Virus record (IMG/VR): IMGVR_UViG_3300043112_000103
Span: 1-53,046 of that record
DNA: 53,046 bases
DNA from: a virus
Taxonomy: Duplodnaviria; Caudoviricetes
Strand: one strand, 5' to 3'
The notes beneath the pieces were generated by a model. The model was given only the letters and a program-made list of their open reading frames with translations, had not been told where the DNA came from and made no database searches. The translations under genes were made by a program, and so were the position numbers. Positions 17,758-28,397 of this stretch are shown here, in pieces; the stretch's first letter is position 1; every line of letters starts with the position of its first letter.

Positions 17758-20274
17758 ATGACTTATAACAAAAATATGGGGAAGGACTTTTTGCAGAACT
17801 TATACCAAAACTGCACCGAGGGTTTTGTGGAATTTCGGCTGATAAATGGTCGGGGAAGCAAGCAAAAATTCTTTCAAATCGACAAAGAGAGAAATTTCAT
17901 TGATAAGGCACTAGACTTTGCGGAAAATTATGTTGGCAAATACCATATCTTTTTTGGTATTCAGCCGAGGATACAGAAAAAAGGAACTGATAACTCTGTG
18001 GAAAAGCTGGTTTCTTTTTGGATTGACCTTGACGCTAAAGACCACAGCGGAAGTAAAAAGAAGGCCCGACAAGAATTAAATAATTTTGAACTCGAGCCTT
18101 CTCTCCTTGTAGATAGTGGAAACGGATTTCACGCTTACTGGATTTTACAAAATCCTTGGATAATAAACAGCGAAAGTGACAGAAAAGAAATTACTAGAAT
18201 ATCTAAGGCAATTCATAAAATCACAGGTGGCGACAGCACTTTTAATGTTTCAAGAATTTTAAGGTTGCCCGGGACACCAAATATCAAAAATCCTTACGGC
18301 GACGGAATAACTGAAGATAGTTCTTTGTGGAAGGAATGTAAAATCGTCAGCAACTCTTATCAACAGTACAGCATTAAGGAAATAAAAAATGCAATTCCCG
18401 ATAGTGTGGAGACGGAAGTAAAACCGTTTGAGGTCGATTTTGACAGTCCAAACTTCGATAACAGAATAAATTCTATTTCTGATTTAAGAAAATATGTGGA
18501 TTCTAATGTTATTGAACGGGCTAAAAATATGCCTGCTAAACTTGAAAACGACCGTTCCGCAAATGATTACTGGGTTGCAATCCAGCTTTACGAAGCGGGG
18601 CTGAATGATAAAGAGGTTTTTAATTCCTTTGTATTATTCAAAAATAATAATTATGACGCCGGCCACAAGTTTAAAAGACGTGGGCGAGAGTATCTAGAAC
18701 AGACACTCCCAAAGGCCAAAGGCGAATCAGCAAATTTAAAACTTCCATTATTAATGGATAAAGTCCGGGCGGCAGAAGGTATCGACGAAAAGCTCGAGAT
18801 TGCAAAGGACATTTACCCGATAATAAATTACCTTGAAGCAGGGAAAAAAGACGCCAAAATAAATGAGTTACAGGACGCTTTTGGTGGCAGTAGAATGATG
18901 AAAAAATCTACAATAAAAAAGCTAATAAAAGAGGAACAGACAAAGACAGGACCGGGCCGTTTTTTCACAATCACAAACTCAGGGTCAATGAAATTTGTTC
19001 CGAAGTTACTCGGGGATTATCTTTTGGAAAAGCATTCGATTTTGAATATAGAAAGTTACTTACACTATTATAAAGGAGGAGTTTTTCACGAAAAAGCTCG
19101 TAAACGATTATTGAATGATAAAATAATAACTCTGCTTGGCGAAACTTGGAAAGAAAATTACCGGGAGGAAGCAATCAGTTATATTAGCGACAGAACTTAT
19201 ATTGAAACTGAACAGCTTCCGGAAAATAACGGGATTGTGAATATAAAGAACGGAATGTATGATATAAATAACGAGGAATTGTTACCACATTCTCCCGATT
19301 ATAAATCATTGGCCCAGCTTGATGTAAACTTCGACCCGGAAGCAAAATCTGAACGGTTAGAACAATTTATGGAGGAGGTCTTTCCACCGGAAACACTTGA
19401 TTTAGTTTGGGAACACGCCGGTTATATACTCCTGCCGAACTTTGAATTGAAGCAATTTATTGTGTTCACAGGGGAAGGGAATAACGGAAAGTCAGTTTGG
19501 AGTACAATCCTGCAAAGTATTTTGGGCCGGGATAATTACGCCAACCAGTCTATTCAAGATTTATCGACAAGTAAAAATGCAAGGGCCGAGCTATTCGGAA
19601 AACTGGCTAATATTTACGCTGACTTACCAGCGGAAGCAATCAAGGAAACCGGAACAATTAAAATGCTCACTGGCGGTGATGAAATAACTGCCGAGCGGAA
19701 ATATAAAGACCCGTTCACTTTCAAGAATACGGCTAAACTAATATTTTCAGCGAATACACTTCCGCCGGTTAGAGATTTCAATGAAGCGTTCTTTGATAGA
19801 GTTCATATTGTAAATTGCCCGAATCGGTTTGAAGGCAAGGATGCAGACCCATATTTAATTGACAAATTGACGACAGAAGAAGCAAAATCCGCTTGGCTGA
19901 ATAAGGCAATTGAAGGTGCAAAAAGACTTCTAACAAATAAGAAGTTCAGCACTTCGGCAACTGTGGAAGCTGAAATTGAGAATTATAAATACGCTTCGGA
20001 TTCTGTCAGCGAATTTTTAGGTAACGAATTAATGCATAGCAAAGGTAATTTTGAAACCAAAGAAACTTTATATTCAGCTTATACAAATTGGTGCAAAATA
20101 AACGGAAGGTATCCTGTTAGCAGTCGCAAATTCACTCGCCGGGCTAAAGGGAAGCCAAATAATTTAAAAATTTTCCACCCACAAGTTGGTGGCCAACAGG
20201 TGCAGGCGTGGTCTAATGTCAAATTGACAGATATTGCTTCTAAAAAATACTGTCCGGAAGTGCTTGCAAAATGA
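17758..20274 (+). CDS. Primase-helicase: RepB-type (AEP) primase plus P4/D5-family SF3 helicase
   Basis: WIDLD, DSGNGFHAYW, RILRLPGT; Walker A GEGNNGKS, KMLTGGD.I.AERK, FSAN. Confidence 0.92.
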   Translation: MTYNKNMGKDFLQNLYQNCTEGFVEFRLINGRGSKQKFFQIDKERNFIDKALDFAENYVGKYHIFFGIQPRIQKKGTDNSVEKLVSFWIDLDAKDHSGSKKKARQELNNFELEPSLLVDSGNGFHAYWILQNPWIINSESDRKEITRISKAIHKITGGDSTFNVSRILRLPGTPNIKNPYGDGITEDSSLWKECKIVSNSYQQYSIKEIKNAIPDSVETEVKPFEVDFDSPNFDNRINSISDLRKYVDSNVIERAKNMPAKLENDRSANDYWVAIQLYEAGLNDKEVFNSFVLFKNNNYDAGHKFKRRGREYLEQTLPKAKGESANLKLPLLMDKVRAAEGIDEKLEIAKDIYPIINYLEAGKKDAKINELQDAFGGSRMMKKSTIKKLIKEEQTKTGPGRFFTITNSGSMKFVPKLLGDYLLEKHSILNIESYLHYYKGGVFHEKARKRLLNDKIITLLGETWKENYREEAISYISDRTYIETEQLPENNGIVNIKNGMYDINNEELLPHSPDYKSLAQLDVNFDPEAKSERLEQFMEEVFPPETLDLVWEHAGYILLPNFELKQFIVFTGEGNNGKSVWSTILQSILGRDNYANQSIQDLSTSKNARAELFGKLANIYADLPAEAIKETGTIKMLTGGDEITAERKYKDPFTFKNTAKLIFSANTLPPVRDFNEAFFDRVHIVNCPNRFEGKDADPYLIDKLTTEEAKSAWLNKAIEGAKRLLTNKKFSTSATVEAEIENYKYASDSVSEFLGNELMHSKGNFETKETLYSAYTNWCKINGRYPVSSRKFTRRAKGKPNNLKIFHPQVGGQQVQAWSNVKLTDIASKKYCPEVLAK

Positions 20275-22478
20275 TTTTATTCCTGCTCAATGAAAAAAGC
20301 TATGCAGTAAAAAAAGGAAATAAGGACAAAAACTTACAGGTGCTTGAAGTTCTGATTGAAGAATTTCAGATTGAAAATTATGCTGTGAAGTATTTCGAGG
20401 ACGACGACATTTCGGAAATTGAAGCCAAAGTCATTGTAACAATGGGAGCTGAAATAACTGAAAAGATTTTGGGCCGGGAAATAAAAATCAAAAAAGCTAG
20501 ATTGAATTATTATCACTCGGAGGAATATGACGCATATATTCTTCCAACATTCGCTCCTGGATTTATTTTCCAAGAAACTGATTCTTTCATTGATATGCAA
20601 CAGGACTTTGAAAGGCTGAAAACAATTGACGAAAAGTTTCCGCTGGAGCCGGAAATGCACGTCTTTGAAGACCCGGACTATTGTGCAAAATGTTTGCGGA
20701 CTTTAAACAGGAAATATCCTTTACTTGCTTGTGATATTGAAACAAGCGGATTGGACTGGCAGAACAACTGGATAACTGAACTTGGGATATCTCACGAGGA
20801 AAATAAATCGCTTATCATTCCTCACGAGCTTTTGGAAACTGAAAAAGTTCAGCGAGAACTTCAAATACTTTTCAGCAACCAAAAAACTGAATTTCTGTGG
20901 CAGAATGGTAAATTTGATAGTAAGTTTCTGAAATATATTTATGGGCTTCCGGTCAGACAGGATAGAGATACAATCCTGCAACATTATACACTTGATGAAC
21001 GCCAAGGAACTCACGACTTTACTCGCTTGTCGCAATTATATTTGAACGCTGAAAATTACGAGGAAGAATTTAAAAAGTCAATTCCCAAAGGAGGAAGTTA
21101 CGCTGACGCTCCCGACGATAAGCGGCGTAAATACTTAGCAAAAGATACAGCTTATTTACTGCTTTTGAATAAACTTTTCGACCGGAAAATGAGTGAAACT
21201 GATAAATACTTATATGAAACAGTTCTACTCCCGGCCAGCAACTTTCTGACTGACATTGAAATGAACGGAATAAAACTTGACGAACAGCACTTAGAAAAAC
21301 TTGATAAGAGAATGAAAAAACAGATTAAAGAAATGAAAGCTGACTTGCGGGATTACGTGAGAAGTATCGGTTGGGAGCCGGACGGTTATATTGAAAGAAG
21401 CGGCAGTAAAACTAAACCGGAAAAGTTCAATCCCAACTCTTACCCACAGGTCTTTGATGTAGTTTTCGATTTGCTGGAATTACCGAAGCACAATAATAGG
21501 CGGAGTGCCGACGTTGACGCTCGAAAATACTGGCTGAATAAAGTTTGTGCCGAGGGGTCGCCGCAATATAAATTTGTGAAAAAACTGTCGGATTTTAAAG
21601 GTGTGAAGAAACTTCACTCGACCAACGTTGCCGGTTTTAAAAAGCATATAAAAGAGGACGGCCGGGTTTATACTGACTTCCGTCTTTACGGAACAGTTAC
21701 CGGCAGGCTTTCTTCTAAATCTCCGAATATCCAAAATATTCCTCGGAACAAGGATATTAAAAATCTGTTCACAGCCGAGGAAGGTAATCTATTAATGGAA
21801 ATTGATTACTCACAGGCTGAACTTAGAACAATAGCTTACCTATCCGGCGACGAAAATATGAAAGCAATTTACCAGAAAGGTAGCGATTTACACGACGAAG
21901 TAGCAAAGGAATTTTTTGGCCCGGACTTTACTTCCGAGCAGAGAACTTTTGTGAAAGGAATAAATTTTGGGATACCGTACGGGATTTCAGCTTACAGCTT
22001 GGCCGAGGATTTAGACATTCCGGAAAAAGAAGCACAGAAATATATTGACAAGTGGTTTGCTGAAAAACCGAAGGTAAAGAAATTCATTGACGAATATAAG
22101 GCAAAACCAGCGAAGGGCGAGCCGCTCGAAACTCCTTTTGGCCGCAAGCGGAGATTTGGAGCAATAACTTCAAAGAATAAATGGTTAGTACAGCGGGAAG
22201 CAATTAACTTTCCGGTGCAATCTGTGGCAAGTGATTTGACATTACTTTCAGCGGTAAGGCTGAATCCAAAATTGGACGGGCTGGCCCGAATTGTAAATCT
22301 CGTTCACGATAGTATTGTAATGGAAGTTCCGGAAGAAAATGTAGAAAAAGTGGGCCGGATTGCTAAAAAAGTAATGGAGGAAACTCCCGGGCTTTATCTC
22401 GATAATTTAGATATTCCGTTTACAGCGGACGTTGAAGTTGGCAAAAGCTGGGGAAAACTTAAAGAACTTGACTTATAG
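20271..22478 (+). CDS. polA: Family A DNA polymerase with 3'-5' exonuclease and degenerate N-terminal UDG-like domain
   Basis: DIET, NGKFD, TGRLSS..PN.QNIP, DYSQAELR, K.INFG..YG, VHDS; N-terminal IVTMG...LPTFAP. Confidence 0.93.
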   Translation: MILFLLNEKSYAVKKGNKDKNLQVLEVLIEEFQIENYAVKYFEDDDISEIEAKVIVTMGAEITEKILGREIKIKKARLNYYHSEEYDAYILPTFAPGFIFQETDSFIDMQQDFERLKTIDEKFPLEPEMHVFEDPDYCAKCLRTLNRKYPLLACDIETSGLDWQNNWITELGISHEENKSLIIPHELLETEKVQRELQILFSNQKTEFLWQNGKFDSKFLKYIYGLPVRQDRDTILQHYTLDERQGTHDFTRLSQLYLNAENYEEEFKKSIPKGGSYADAPDDKRRKYLAKDTAYLLLLNKLFDRKMSETDKYLYETVLLPASNFLTDIEMNGIKLDEQHLEKLDKRMKKQIKEMKADLRDYVRSIGWEPDGYIERSGSKTKPEKFNPNSYPQVFDVVFDLLELPKHNNRRSADVDARKYWLNKVCAEGSPQYKFVKKLSDFKGVKKLHSTNVAGFKKHIKEDGRVYTDFRLYGTVTGRLSSKSPNIQNIPRNKDIKNLFTAEEGNLLMEIDYSQAELRTIAYLSGDENMKAIYQKGSDLHDEVAKEFFGPDFTSEQRTFVKGINFGIPYGISAYSLAEDLDIPEKEAQKYIDKWFAEKPKVKKFIDEYKAKPAKGEPLETPFGRKRRFGAITSKNKWLVQREAINFPVQSVASDLTLLSAVRLNPKLDGLARIVNLVHDSIVMEVPEENVEKVGRIAKKVMEETPGLYLDNLDIPFTADVEVGKSWGKLKELDL

Positions 22479-22521
22479 AATATATTGTAATATAATATGA
22501 TTAAGGAAGGAGGTTAAAAAT

Positions 22522-22743
22522 ATGATTAATTATAATGGTAAAAAATATTACAATCCAAAGCAGGCTGTTGCTAATTTCCCGGTTGCTGAAAGCACACTTT
22601 ATTACTGGGTAAGTAACGGCGAAATTGAATTGCTGGATATTGACGAATTTTGCGAGAACAATCCGCTTGACAAAGACGATTTAATTGCTAAATACTATAT
22701 TCCGGAAGATATTCTAGTGGAAAAATCGGAAAGGACTGAATAA
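22522..22743 (+). CDS. Small HTH (excisionase/MerR-like) protein
   Basis: YY.P.QA...F.V..STLY.WV..G.I pattern. Confidence 0.55.
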   Translation: MINYNGKKYYNPKQAVANFPVAESTLYYWVSNGEIELLDIDEFCENNPLDKDDLIAKYYIPEDILVEKSERTE

Positions 22744-22746
22744 CAA

Positions 22747-23184
22747 TTGCTGATATTAAGTATTGACCCGGGCGAAACTTCCGGATTTTCCCTAATGAAA
22801 CATTCAGAGAAATTAAATTATAATAAAAAGGACAGGGATTTGATTGTGAACGTTGGGGAAAAATCTGGATATAAAGGTTTCGACAGTTTGATTGAGAATT
22901 ATGAGCCGGACTTAATTGTATATGAAGAATTTAAATTGTATCCTTGGAAGGCAAAACAAAAATCTTGGAGCACATTCCCGACCGTTGAGGTAATTGGTGT
23001 TCTCAAATATATTGCCGAGCAAAAGAATGTTAAAATAATCGGGCAGGGAGCGGACACCAAAACTTATTTTGATGATAAAAAGCTGAAATGGTGCGGCGTT
23101 TATAAAGGATATTCCACACACGAACGGGACGCTTTAAGACACGGATTTTACTTTATTGAATTTGGAGGTGAATCTTATGAGTAA
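22747..23184 (+). CDS. RuvC-like Holliday junction resolvase
   Basis: ILSIDPG.TSG, PD.IVYEEF, H.RDA. Confidence 0.75.
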   Translation: MLILSIDPGETSGFSLMKHSEKLNYNKKDRDLIVNVGEKSGYKGFDSLIENYEPDLIVYEEFKLYPWKAKQKSWSTFPTVEVIGVLKYIAEQKNVKIIGQGADTKTYFDDKKLKWCGVYKGYSTHERDALRHGFYFIEFGGESYE

Positions 23185-23320
23185 TTATGTTGAAGGCAAT
23201 AAGAATACTATATTCGATTATGTTAATTTTAAAAAAGAGCAGTATAAATTACTAAATCAGAGAGTTAAAGAAACAGTTTATAATTATTATAGTAAGAATG
23301 AAAGGGGTGATTCTGATTAA
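23177..23320 (+). CDS. Hypothetical 47-aa protein (not in track)
   Basis: GGAGGTG site plus ATG. Confidence 0.55.
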   Translation: MSNYVEGNKNTIFDYVNFKKEQYKLLNQRVKETVYNYYSKNERGDSD

Positions 23321-23504
23321 TACTTTAGAAGCAACCGTAACTGAAATTTTATCAGACCCGATTAAAAAGAATTGTGCCGACCACAGTTGGTGGGAAGTTA
23401 AAATTAAATATAGTTGTTACGGCAGAATACATTCCGGGGTAGAGGTTTTTGAATTTCTTGACTTGGCACAGGATTTAAGAGTGGGTGATAAAATTTGGCG
23501 GTAA
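23298..23504 (+). CDS. Hypothetical protein (start uncertain)
   Basis: ORF fills gap before helicase. Confidence 0.55.
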   Translation: MKGVILINTLEATVTEILSDPIKKNCADHSWWEVKIKYSCYGRIHSGVEVFEFLDLAQDLRVGDKIWR

Positions 23505-25156
23505 AAAACTTTTTAGAATATGAAACCACACTTGACGGAAGACCAAAGAAACTAAGGCTGAATTGTGAAACTAAATATATGGCAGGCGTTCTTAATATTG
23601 CCGGTGCTAGACGGCAAAAGGACAATTCAATAACGTTGCCGCCCGACCCTTTTAACGCCGAGCAGTTATTGAAGTATATCAAAGATTTAGAACTCGGAGA
23701 AATGGCGGAAAATTGGTATAACAGATATCTTGAAAAAAGAGAAAAACTTGCTAAAATAAAAGAGCAGAAAAGAAGCGAAAAAGTACAAGCAAATTCTGAT
23801 AAATTATATAATTATCAGAGCGTGGACGTTGAATTTTTGAAGGAAGGCAAGCGAACTATCGAAGCAAGCGAAATGGGAACGGGTAAAACTGTAATCGCAA
23901 TTAGTAACGCTGTGGAAACCGGGGCTGAAAATATCTTGATTGTCGCTCCTAAATCAGTTTTATATAACTGGGAAAAAGAAATAAAATTGTGGGATAAAAA
24001 CTGCGGTAATGTAGTTGTAACTGACGGGAGCAGGAAGCAACGGACTGAACTTCTAAAACAGCCCGGGAAATATAAATTGATTAATTATGCAATGCTCCGG
24101 AATAACAAATATCCTTACCTATTTGAGCAGGAATGGGATTTGGTAATTTTTGATGAAGCACACAGATTGAAGGGCCGGAATACTGCACAGTCAGAAGGGG
24201 CTGAAAATCTGCAAGCTAAGAATATTAATATGCTCACAGGGTCGCCAATTCCTAACCACCCGCACGAGCTGTGGCATTTATTGCATATTTTATACCCGAG
24301 AAGATTTAGCAGTTACTGGCAATTCGTAGATAGATTTTGTGTAACGGAGGAAAACTTTTTTTCACCAACTCCGGATATTGTAGGGGTTAAAAATGAAAAA
24401 TATTTGAAGGAAATTTTGACACCAATAATGATAAGAAATAAAAAGGAAAATGTTCTATCAGATTTACCACCGAAAACTTATCAAGAAGTAGAGCTTGAAC
24501 TTGAAAAGAAACAGCGGCGAATATATGACGGAATGGAAGAAGATATGCTGACGTTTATTAACGGCGAAGCCCATAAAATCAGCAATTCTTTAGGCAAGCT
24601 GATAAGGTTACAGCAAATTACCTTATCCCCAAAAATACTGGATTCTGAATATAAAGGAAAAGGTATCAAGACTAAAGCACTTCTTGACTTGCTAGAAGAT
24701 ACAGACAAAAAAGTAGTCGTTTTCAGTTGGTTTAAGACTTATATTGAAATTCTAGACGAGGAATTACAGAAGGCCGGATATAAAACTGCTGTGGTTACCG
24801 GCGGAAAATCCTCCGAAGAACGAGGAAAAGCTGAAAAAGATTTTTGGGAAGACCCGGAAGTCAAAGTATTTCTCGGAACAATCGGCTCGGCCGGTGAGGG
24901 AATGAATTTACAGGTCGCCGACACTCTGATATTTATGGATAAGTCTTGGACGCCGGCCCAAAATAGACAGGCCGAGGACAGAATACACCGGGTTGGCCAA
25001 AAAGGAAACGCCACAATTATTTCATTCGTTGCTAAAAATACAATTGACGTTGACAAGGAAATCACTTTAGCCAACAAGGAACAGGTTATAAGTAAAGTAA
25101 TGTCAATGGAAAATACTGCTAAAAATTTATTAGCAAGAACAGCCGGGAATATGTAA
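23495..25156 (+). CDS. SNF2-family SF2 helicase
   Basis: EMGTGKT, DEAH, LTGSP, EGMNLQ, QAEDRIHRVGQ. Confidence 0.92.
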   Translation: MAVKNFLEYETTLDGRPKKLRLNCETKYMAGVLNIAGARRQKDNSITLPPDPFNAEQLLKYIKDLELGEMAENWYNRYLEKREKLAKIKEQKRSEKVQANSDKLYNYQSVDVEFLKEGKRTIEASEMGTGKTVIAISNAVETGAENILIVAPKSVLYNWEKEIKLWDKNCGNVVVTDGSRKQRTELLKQPGKYKLINYAMLRNNKYPYLFEQEWDLVIFDEAHRLKGRNTAQSEGAENLQAKNINMLTGSPIPNHPHELWHLLHILYPRRFSSYWQFVDRFCVTEENFFSPTPDIVGVKNEKYLKEILTPIMIRNKKENVLSDLPPKTYQEVELELEKKQRRIYDGMEEDMLTFINGEAHKISNSLGKLIRLQQITLSPKILDSEYKGKGIKTKALLDLLEDTDKKVVVFSWFKTYIEILDEELQKAGYKTAVVTGGKSSEERGKAEKDFWEDPEVKVFLGTIGSAGEGMNLQVADTLIFMDKSWTPAQNRQAEDRIHRVGQKGNATIISFVAKNTIDVDKEITLANKEQVISKVMSMENTAKNLLARTAGNM

Positions 25157-25176
25157 AATTCTCGGTTTTTTATTTA
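25142..25176 (+). terminator. Intrinsic terminator
   Basis: GCCGGGAAT/ATTCTCGGT stem plus T-run. Confidence 0.7.
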
Positions 25177-25204
25177 AAATTTTTTAGAATATATTGCAAT
25201 TAAG

Positions 25205-25234
25205 CTGGTAATTCCTATTAGAATATGCTATAAT
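25205..25234 (+). promoter_or_regulatory. Repeated early promoter, copy 3
   Basis: CTGGTA-N18-TATAAT, TTAGAATATG. Confidence 0.8.
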
Positions 25235-25266
25235 GGTATTAACATAAGAAAGAGGGGGAAATAAAA

Positions 25267-25464
25267 ATGAAAATTTTTGAAAAGGTAAACTCTAAAAACA
25301 TAACTAAAATTAAAAAGGCGATTGAAAACTCTAAACTAGACCAAAAAGATATTGAAAATATGAAATTCACAGCGGACATGGCAGTAAAAGGACTTGCAAA
25401 TACTGAAATGCTAGACACAATTGTAAGGGACGAATTACACGATATCATACAGGAGGTGAGATAA
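25267..25464 (+). CDS. Hypothetical early protein
   Basis: GAGGGGG site after promoter. Confidence 0.7.
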   Translation: MKIFEKVNSKNITKIKKAIENSKLDQKDIENMKFTADMAVKGLANTEMLDTIVRDELHDIIQEVR

Positions 25465-25790
25465 TGAAAAGCTGGCGAAAAGCATATTTAAGAAAACTTA
25501 AAACTAAGGCGTGGCAGAACGTAGATTTTGACTTACAAATGAAAGAGATAATTTACGTTGATGATGAAGTGAACGACGAAACAATTCCTTTAACAACTGT
25601 TTTAAATGAATTAATTTGGTACTGGGAACTTCTTAACGACGAAGCGAGTATTCTTTCTAAAGAGTTTAACAGCCGAGAGAAAAAAGCATTTAAAAATGTC
25701 GCTGAAAATTTCATCCGTGAGGCAGGAAGCAAGGAAAATATTTCAAACTATTACTGGAGATTTTTAGACGAAGGAATGAATTTAAGATAA
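25464..25790 (+). CDS. Hypothetical early protein
   Basis: AGGAGGTG site, coupled start. Confidence 0.7.
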   Translation: MKSWRKAYLRKLKTKAWQNVDFDLQMKEIIYVDDEVNDETIPLTTVLNELIWYWELLNDEASILSKEFNSREKKAFKNVAENFIREAGSKENISNYYWRFLDEGMNLR

Positions 25791-25850
25791 AACATAATAC
25801 CCGGGCGGCCCGAAAAGTTGCCCGGGAACTTTCAAAGGAGGAATTTAAAA

Positions 25851-26093
25851 ATGATTGACCAAGAATATATGGACTTACTGGGATTGGTTAAAGTTTATAA
25901 GGATAATGGTTTTGTATATGTGGATTTGGAAACGCTGAACGACTTGACAATTTCACTTACTAGATTAGGGTATTCGTATTACGTTGATGATGAAATAACT
26001 GAAAATAAAGTTTTAGTGATTGAGTGGGATAGAGATAAAACTTTCCAAGAAAATTCAGAAAATATGAGAAAAGTAAAAGAGGAAACCTTATAA
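25851..26093 (+). CDS. Hypothetical acidic protein
   Basis: AAGGAGG site before ATG 25851. Confidence 0.7.
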   Translation: MIDQEYMDLLGLVKVYKDNGFVYVDLETLNDLTISLTRLGYSYYVDDEITENKVLVIEWDRDKTFQENSENMRKVKEETL

Positions 26094-26107
26094 GGAGGAA
26101 ATCAAGG

Positions 26108-26293
26108 ATGAGTGCAGCAGAAAATTTAACAGAAATATTAGAAGGAATGGGATACAAGAATTTTGAAGTCCACGAAGCTAAAAAACTGCAACTCGGATTA
26201 TGGACGGCAGATATAACAATCCGGGGAAATAGGGATAAAGTTAATATAGATTTATATGCAGTTACAGAAAAATTTACTAAAATAGACGAGTAA
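26108..26293 (+). CDS. Hypothetical protein
   Basis: AAGGAGG site. Confidence 0.65.
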   Translation: MSAAENLTEILEGMGYKNFEVHEAKKLQLGLWTADITIRGNRDKVNIDLYAVTEKFTKIDE

Positions 26294-26427
26294 ACTTAAA
26301 ACTGCCGGGTAATCAGTATAAACTGCCCGCTTTTAAATCGGTTAGCCGGGTCAATCCCCGGGCAAACAAAAACTTTTGACGATATGGGCCTACGTTTTTG
26401 GGCCTAAATACAGGAAAGGTGGTAAAT

Positions 26428-26919
26428 ATGAAAACTATTAGCGAATTAGAGGTAATGGCTGACAAGGAAATGGTAAATTTAGTTAGAGAACTCGCTTATT
26501 ACGAATTTGCAATTGTGGAGGACTACGAGGAACGCTGGAACAGCTTGACAGTAAAATACAATCCGAGGTTAAGAAGTACGCTGGGCCGTTTTTACGGAAG
26601 TAAGAAAGACGGTTGTACTGTGGAAATAAATCCCGAGTGCCCGGAAAGTGAAATCCGGGATACAATGCGACACGAATTATTACATTTACTGACGGGCCGT
26701 TCCGATACAAAGAGATTTGAATATATCTGCAATAAACTTGAAATTGGCTTCCAACACAATATTGAACTAGAAAAGGCGGAAAGTTACAAATTCGAAATAA
26801 AATGTTCCGAATGCGGCGAAATTGTTGGCAAAAGAATGAGAAAATCAAAGCTGATTAAACGCCCGGAAAATTACAGAAGCGGTTGCTGTAAGGCAGAATT
26901 AATTGTGAATAAACTTTAA
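26428..26919 (+). CDS. SprT-like zinc metalloprotein
   Basis: N.RLR.TLGRF, HELLH, C-terminal CxxC...RxR...Y...CC. Confidence 0.85.
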   Translation: MKTISELEVMADKEMVNLVRELAYYEFAIVEDYEERWNSLTVKYNPRLRSTLGRFYGSKKDGCTVEINPECPESEIRDTMRHELLHLLTGRSDTKRFEYICNKLEIGFQHNIELEKAESYKFEIKCSECGEIVGKRMRKSKLIKRPENYRSGCCKAELIVNKL

Positions 26920-26935
26920 ATCATTGTGAAAAACG

Positions 26936-26965
26936 CTGGTAAAGTCCTTTAGAATATGTTATAAT
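26936..26965 (+). promoter_or_regulatory. Repeated early promoter, copy 4
   Basis: CTGGTA-N18-TATAAT. Confidence 0.8.
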
Positions 26966-26997
26966 GGTATTAACATAAGAAAAGGGAGGAACTATAA

Positions 26998-27336
26998 ATG
27001 AAAAAACTTACAGTAAGCCCACAGGATTTTGTCGAGCCGGAACTAGAAATAATCAGAATGAAGAATAGAAAGATTGAGGAACTGAAACAGAACGCTTGGA
27101 AATCAGATATCGACCCGGAAGTTTATTACCCGGAAGGCGTTGAAGAAATCGCCGCACACTTAGTCAATTACGAACGGGCCTTAGAAATACTACACGACCT
27201 GTTTAGAATATACAGAAATGTCGCCACTAGACTGGCCGAGGTAAATAATGAAGAGAGAATTGAAAAGCTGGAAAATATGGCAAGAGATAAAGAACGGGAA
27301 ACAGAACTTAAAGTAAGAAAACTTCTCAAATTCTAA
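26998..27336 (+). CDS. Hypothetical helical protein
   Basis: GGGAGG site; monocistronic cassette. Confidence 0.75.
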   Translation: MKKLTVSPQDFVEPELEIIRMKNRKIEELKQNAWKSDIDPEVYYPEGVEEIAAHLVNYERALEILHDLFRIYRNVATRLAEVNNEERIEKLENMARDKERETELKVRKLLKF

Positions 27337-27345
27337 ACATAACCG

Positions 27346-27374
27346 GCGGGCCTAAGAAGCCCGCTTTTTTATTT
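27346..27374 (+). terminator. Intrinsic terminator
   Basis: GCGGGC/GCCCGC stem plus T6. Confidence 0.8.
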
Positions 27375-27394
27375 GTGATTTTCTTTGAAAAACG

Positions 27395-27424
27395 CTGGTA
27401 ATTTGCGTTAGAATATGTTATAAT
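27395..27424 (+). promoter_or_regulatory. Repeated early promoter, copy 5
   Basis: CTGGTA-N18-TATAAT. Confidence 0.8.
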
Positions 27425-27454
27425 TAGACCATAAGATAAAAGGAGGGAAAGAAA

Positions 27455-27682
27455 ATGTATTTCACGATTGCAACTTTAAGAGGGCAACAGGGAAAACTGG
27501 AAGTGGTTTTGAATAAAGACGGAAATAAATATGTGGTTGGATTGATAAATCACGACAAAGAAGAATTTACTCACAAAACATTTGATACTAGAAAAGCGGC
27601 CAAAGAAGTGTTTTTTCAGCTTTCGGAATATGTGATTGATAGCTTATATTCTTACGAAGAAAAGAAAAAACTTCTGAAATAG
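27455..27682 (+). CDS. Hypothetical early protein
   Basis: AGGAGGG site. Confidence 0.75.
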   Translation: MYFTIATLRGQQGKLEVVLNKDGNKYVVGLINHDKEEFTHKTFDTRKAAKEVFFQLSEYVIDSLYSYEEKKKLLK

Positions 27683-27694
27683 TCGTGAATAACA

Positions 27695-27724
27695 CTGGCA
27701 ATATTCATTAGAATATGTTATAAT
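27695..27724 (+). promoter_or_regulatory. Repeated early promoter, copy 6
   Basis: CTGGCA-N18-TATAAT. Confidence 0.8.
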
Positions 27725-27755
27725 CAGAGTAGTAAGATAAAAGGAGGGAAAGAAA

Positions 27756-27968
27756 ATGAAAACGAAATATAGTAAAGTAAAAAAGGGAAAATATAACATA
27801 ATTAATGAAGAAACCGGCGAAAAAATTGGCAGAGTTTGGCTGAAACCGAGGAGCAGAGAATGGGCTTCTAGTTTTAACAAAGTAGGAATAGTTGCCCGAC
27901 ACGCTAACAGCAGGAAACAGGCAACGGAAATGGGAGTTTCGCTTTACAAAAGCAAGCAGAATTTATAA
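27756..27968 (+). CDS. Hypothetical basic protein
   Basis: AGGAGGG site. Confidence 0.75.
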   Translation: MKTKYSKVKKGKYNIINEETGEKIGRVWLKPRSREWASSFNKVGIVARHANSRKQATEMGVSLYKSKQNL

Positions 27969-28003
27969 ACATGACAAAACTTGAAAGGGAAGGAGGTGTT
28001 TTA

Positions 28004-28171
28004 ATGAGATTAGTCATTGATATTCCGGAGGAAACAGCGGCAAAGATACAGGCGATTGCTGAACTTGAAGACGCAAATCCAAATGACGTGATTGAAACAA
28101 TGACAGAAGATTGGCTGGAAGGTTACGCAAATAAAAGTGAAGTAGAAAGGAAGGTAAATAATGAAAAATAA
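28004..28171 (+). CDS. Ribbon-helix-helix-like protein
   Basis: RLVIDIPEE....I..IA........VI; AGGAGG site. Confidence 0.55.
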   Translation: MRLVIDIPEETAAKIQAIAELEDANPNDVIETMTEDWLEGYANKSEVERKVNNEK

Positions 28172-28397
28172 AACATATTACGGATATACTAATTGGGCGA
28201 CTTGGAACGCTTTTACCTGGATGTCAAGTTATGAAAACTCTTACAGATATTTCACAGAAATGGCCGAGGAATTGAATTGTGATATTTTCGAAATGTCGGC
28301 CCGGGAATATTTGAGCAATAGTGAGGATTTTACTGACGAGGATATTAAAAACATAAATTTCAAAGAGGTTTACGAAGCATTGAAAGGAGGTGAATAA
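28161..28397 (+). CDS. Acidic phage protein with Y.G.TN..TW motif
   Basis: N-terminal YYGYTNWATWN. Confidence 0.7.
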   Translation: MKNKTYYGYTNWATWNAFTWMSSYENSYRYFTEMAEELNCDIFEMSAREYLSNSEDFTDEDIKNINFKEVYEALKGGE